DNA of 64,000 bases, taken from assembly GCA_964016885.1 (NCBI GenBank), contig OZ024743.1:277326001-277390000 (forward strand). Reading direction: 5' to 3'. This document shows, one piece after another, positions 62,723 to 64,000 of this stretch (positions within the stretch are counted from its first letter, which is position 1; every line of letters begins with the position of its first letter). The notes beneath the pieces are model-generated. The model was not told the origin of the DNA. It made no database searches and saw only the letters and a list, made by a program, of their open reading frames with translations. The DNA is from Eledone cirrhosa. Its lineage: Eukaryota. Position numbers and translations under genes: made by a program.

Positions 62723-64000
62723 TGGTGCCATTTGTGTAATGAAAACAACAGCAAAAAGCGTGTACATAAAAAAATATGTTCCAAGTAATATTTATTATCA
62801 ACATGGTGAGCAAATAACCACATTACTATTGTTATAGTAGAAGAGAGACCCTGAAATTATACCGAATTCTATTTATCACATGTTGTCAAGACACGTATGA
62901 TTTGATAATTTGAAAACAACTTTATTTTTTTAAGTATATTAGATTAAAGTTAACTGCTTCAACGTGAGGCCTTTTGTTTTTATTTTACTATGAAAATAAA
63001 CAAATCTTGTGATTTATTGAGACGCTTGGTTGATTTGAATTTTGAATTACTGGAATCCAAACGCAGAAATCACTATCAATAAAAATAGATTTAGAAAATC
63101 GGATAAAATAGACGGAATTCGCGAGACAAGAAGTACCATTTTCTGTAGTGGCTATCAGCTACTTTTTTCTGTCCCTAAGTTTATTTTACCCGATTTTCCA
63201 AAAACAATCGAAAAAATAGGCTTATAAGCCTCTAGAGACAGCGGAAAATTGTACAGTATCAACTGTGGGAATCGAATTCACACACCTATATGACATGTCA
63301 GCATCAATTCGATTGCCACAGGCGACAATGACCACTTTTTCTGTGTCTATGGGCTTATGTGATTAAGTCGTTTTACTATTTTCATAGTATATAAAAACAA
63401 ACAACTTACGTTGAAGCAGCTTACTTTAAGCTAACATTCTTTCAAAAATTCATAATTTGCTCAACGCTTGGATACGATTGATTCTTTTAAAAAACTTTAT
63501 TGATTCATGCAAAAGTAAAACAATCTAACCATAGATTATGAAAGGATAAGAAAGTATGGTGTTTTTAAGAAATGTTTGCACTTTTTCTGTACGGAATGTT
63601 TTGAAAGTACATCAAGAGTTTTTTGTTTGTCTTTTTTTTTTGTAATTTATTTAACCTCTAGACATCTTTGACGTGCAGCCACGACTTGTTGGCACAATAA
63701 AACTTAAATACAGTTCTTTATTGAAAAGAAAAAGGAAACAAAAAACAATAAGAAAACAAAACAAAAAAAAACAAGTGTTTGTACACATAAGAAATGATAA
63801 TTGGATAAGAACAACATATATATTTTCTATCTTTAACCATTGTATAACTATCTGAAGGATATTTATTTATTTATTTAAATGATGCACTTGTGCAATAAAT
63901 AGTCAATTATATGAACTGTCGCTATCGGACATCCATTAACAGATGATCAATTCCATTGACGTCAATGGGGAGGTGCGAGTTTTTTTTATGCCTTTTCCAA

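Overview
This is eukaryotic, AT-rich and microsatellite-dense DNA. The SINE families and repeat landscape suggest a mollusc, probably an octopus/cephalopod (inference, not verified). Bases 1-26,100 are one large tandem array of a 21-bp unit (CGTTGTGGTGGTTGTGGTTGG) that reads on the minus strand as a mucin-like (PTTTTTT)n polypeptide preceded by a Ser-rich head (26,100-26,470). The array holds one frame from ~26.4 kb to ~17.6 kb, then carries about 30 recurrent frameshifting units that switch between Thr-rich, Asn/His-rich and Gln/Pro-rich frames. About 1.7 kb upstream on the same strand lies an apparently full-length, intact L1/Tx1-type LINE (28.15-33.94 kb). Its ORF1 and ORF2 are in frame across a single TAA that overlaps a perfect splice donor, and its 5' UTR contains a canonical-looking 68-nt intron. 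The remainder (34-64 kb) is a transposon graveyard: R4/Dong-like, RTE, Penelope-like, a second decayed Tx1 copy, tRNA-derived SINEs, Tc1/mariner MITEs, a probable hAT relic, and five to six minimal hammerhead-ribozyme motifs. No other host gene is recognisable. Most ORFs in the supplied track are shadows of repeats.
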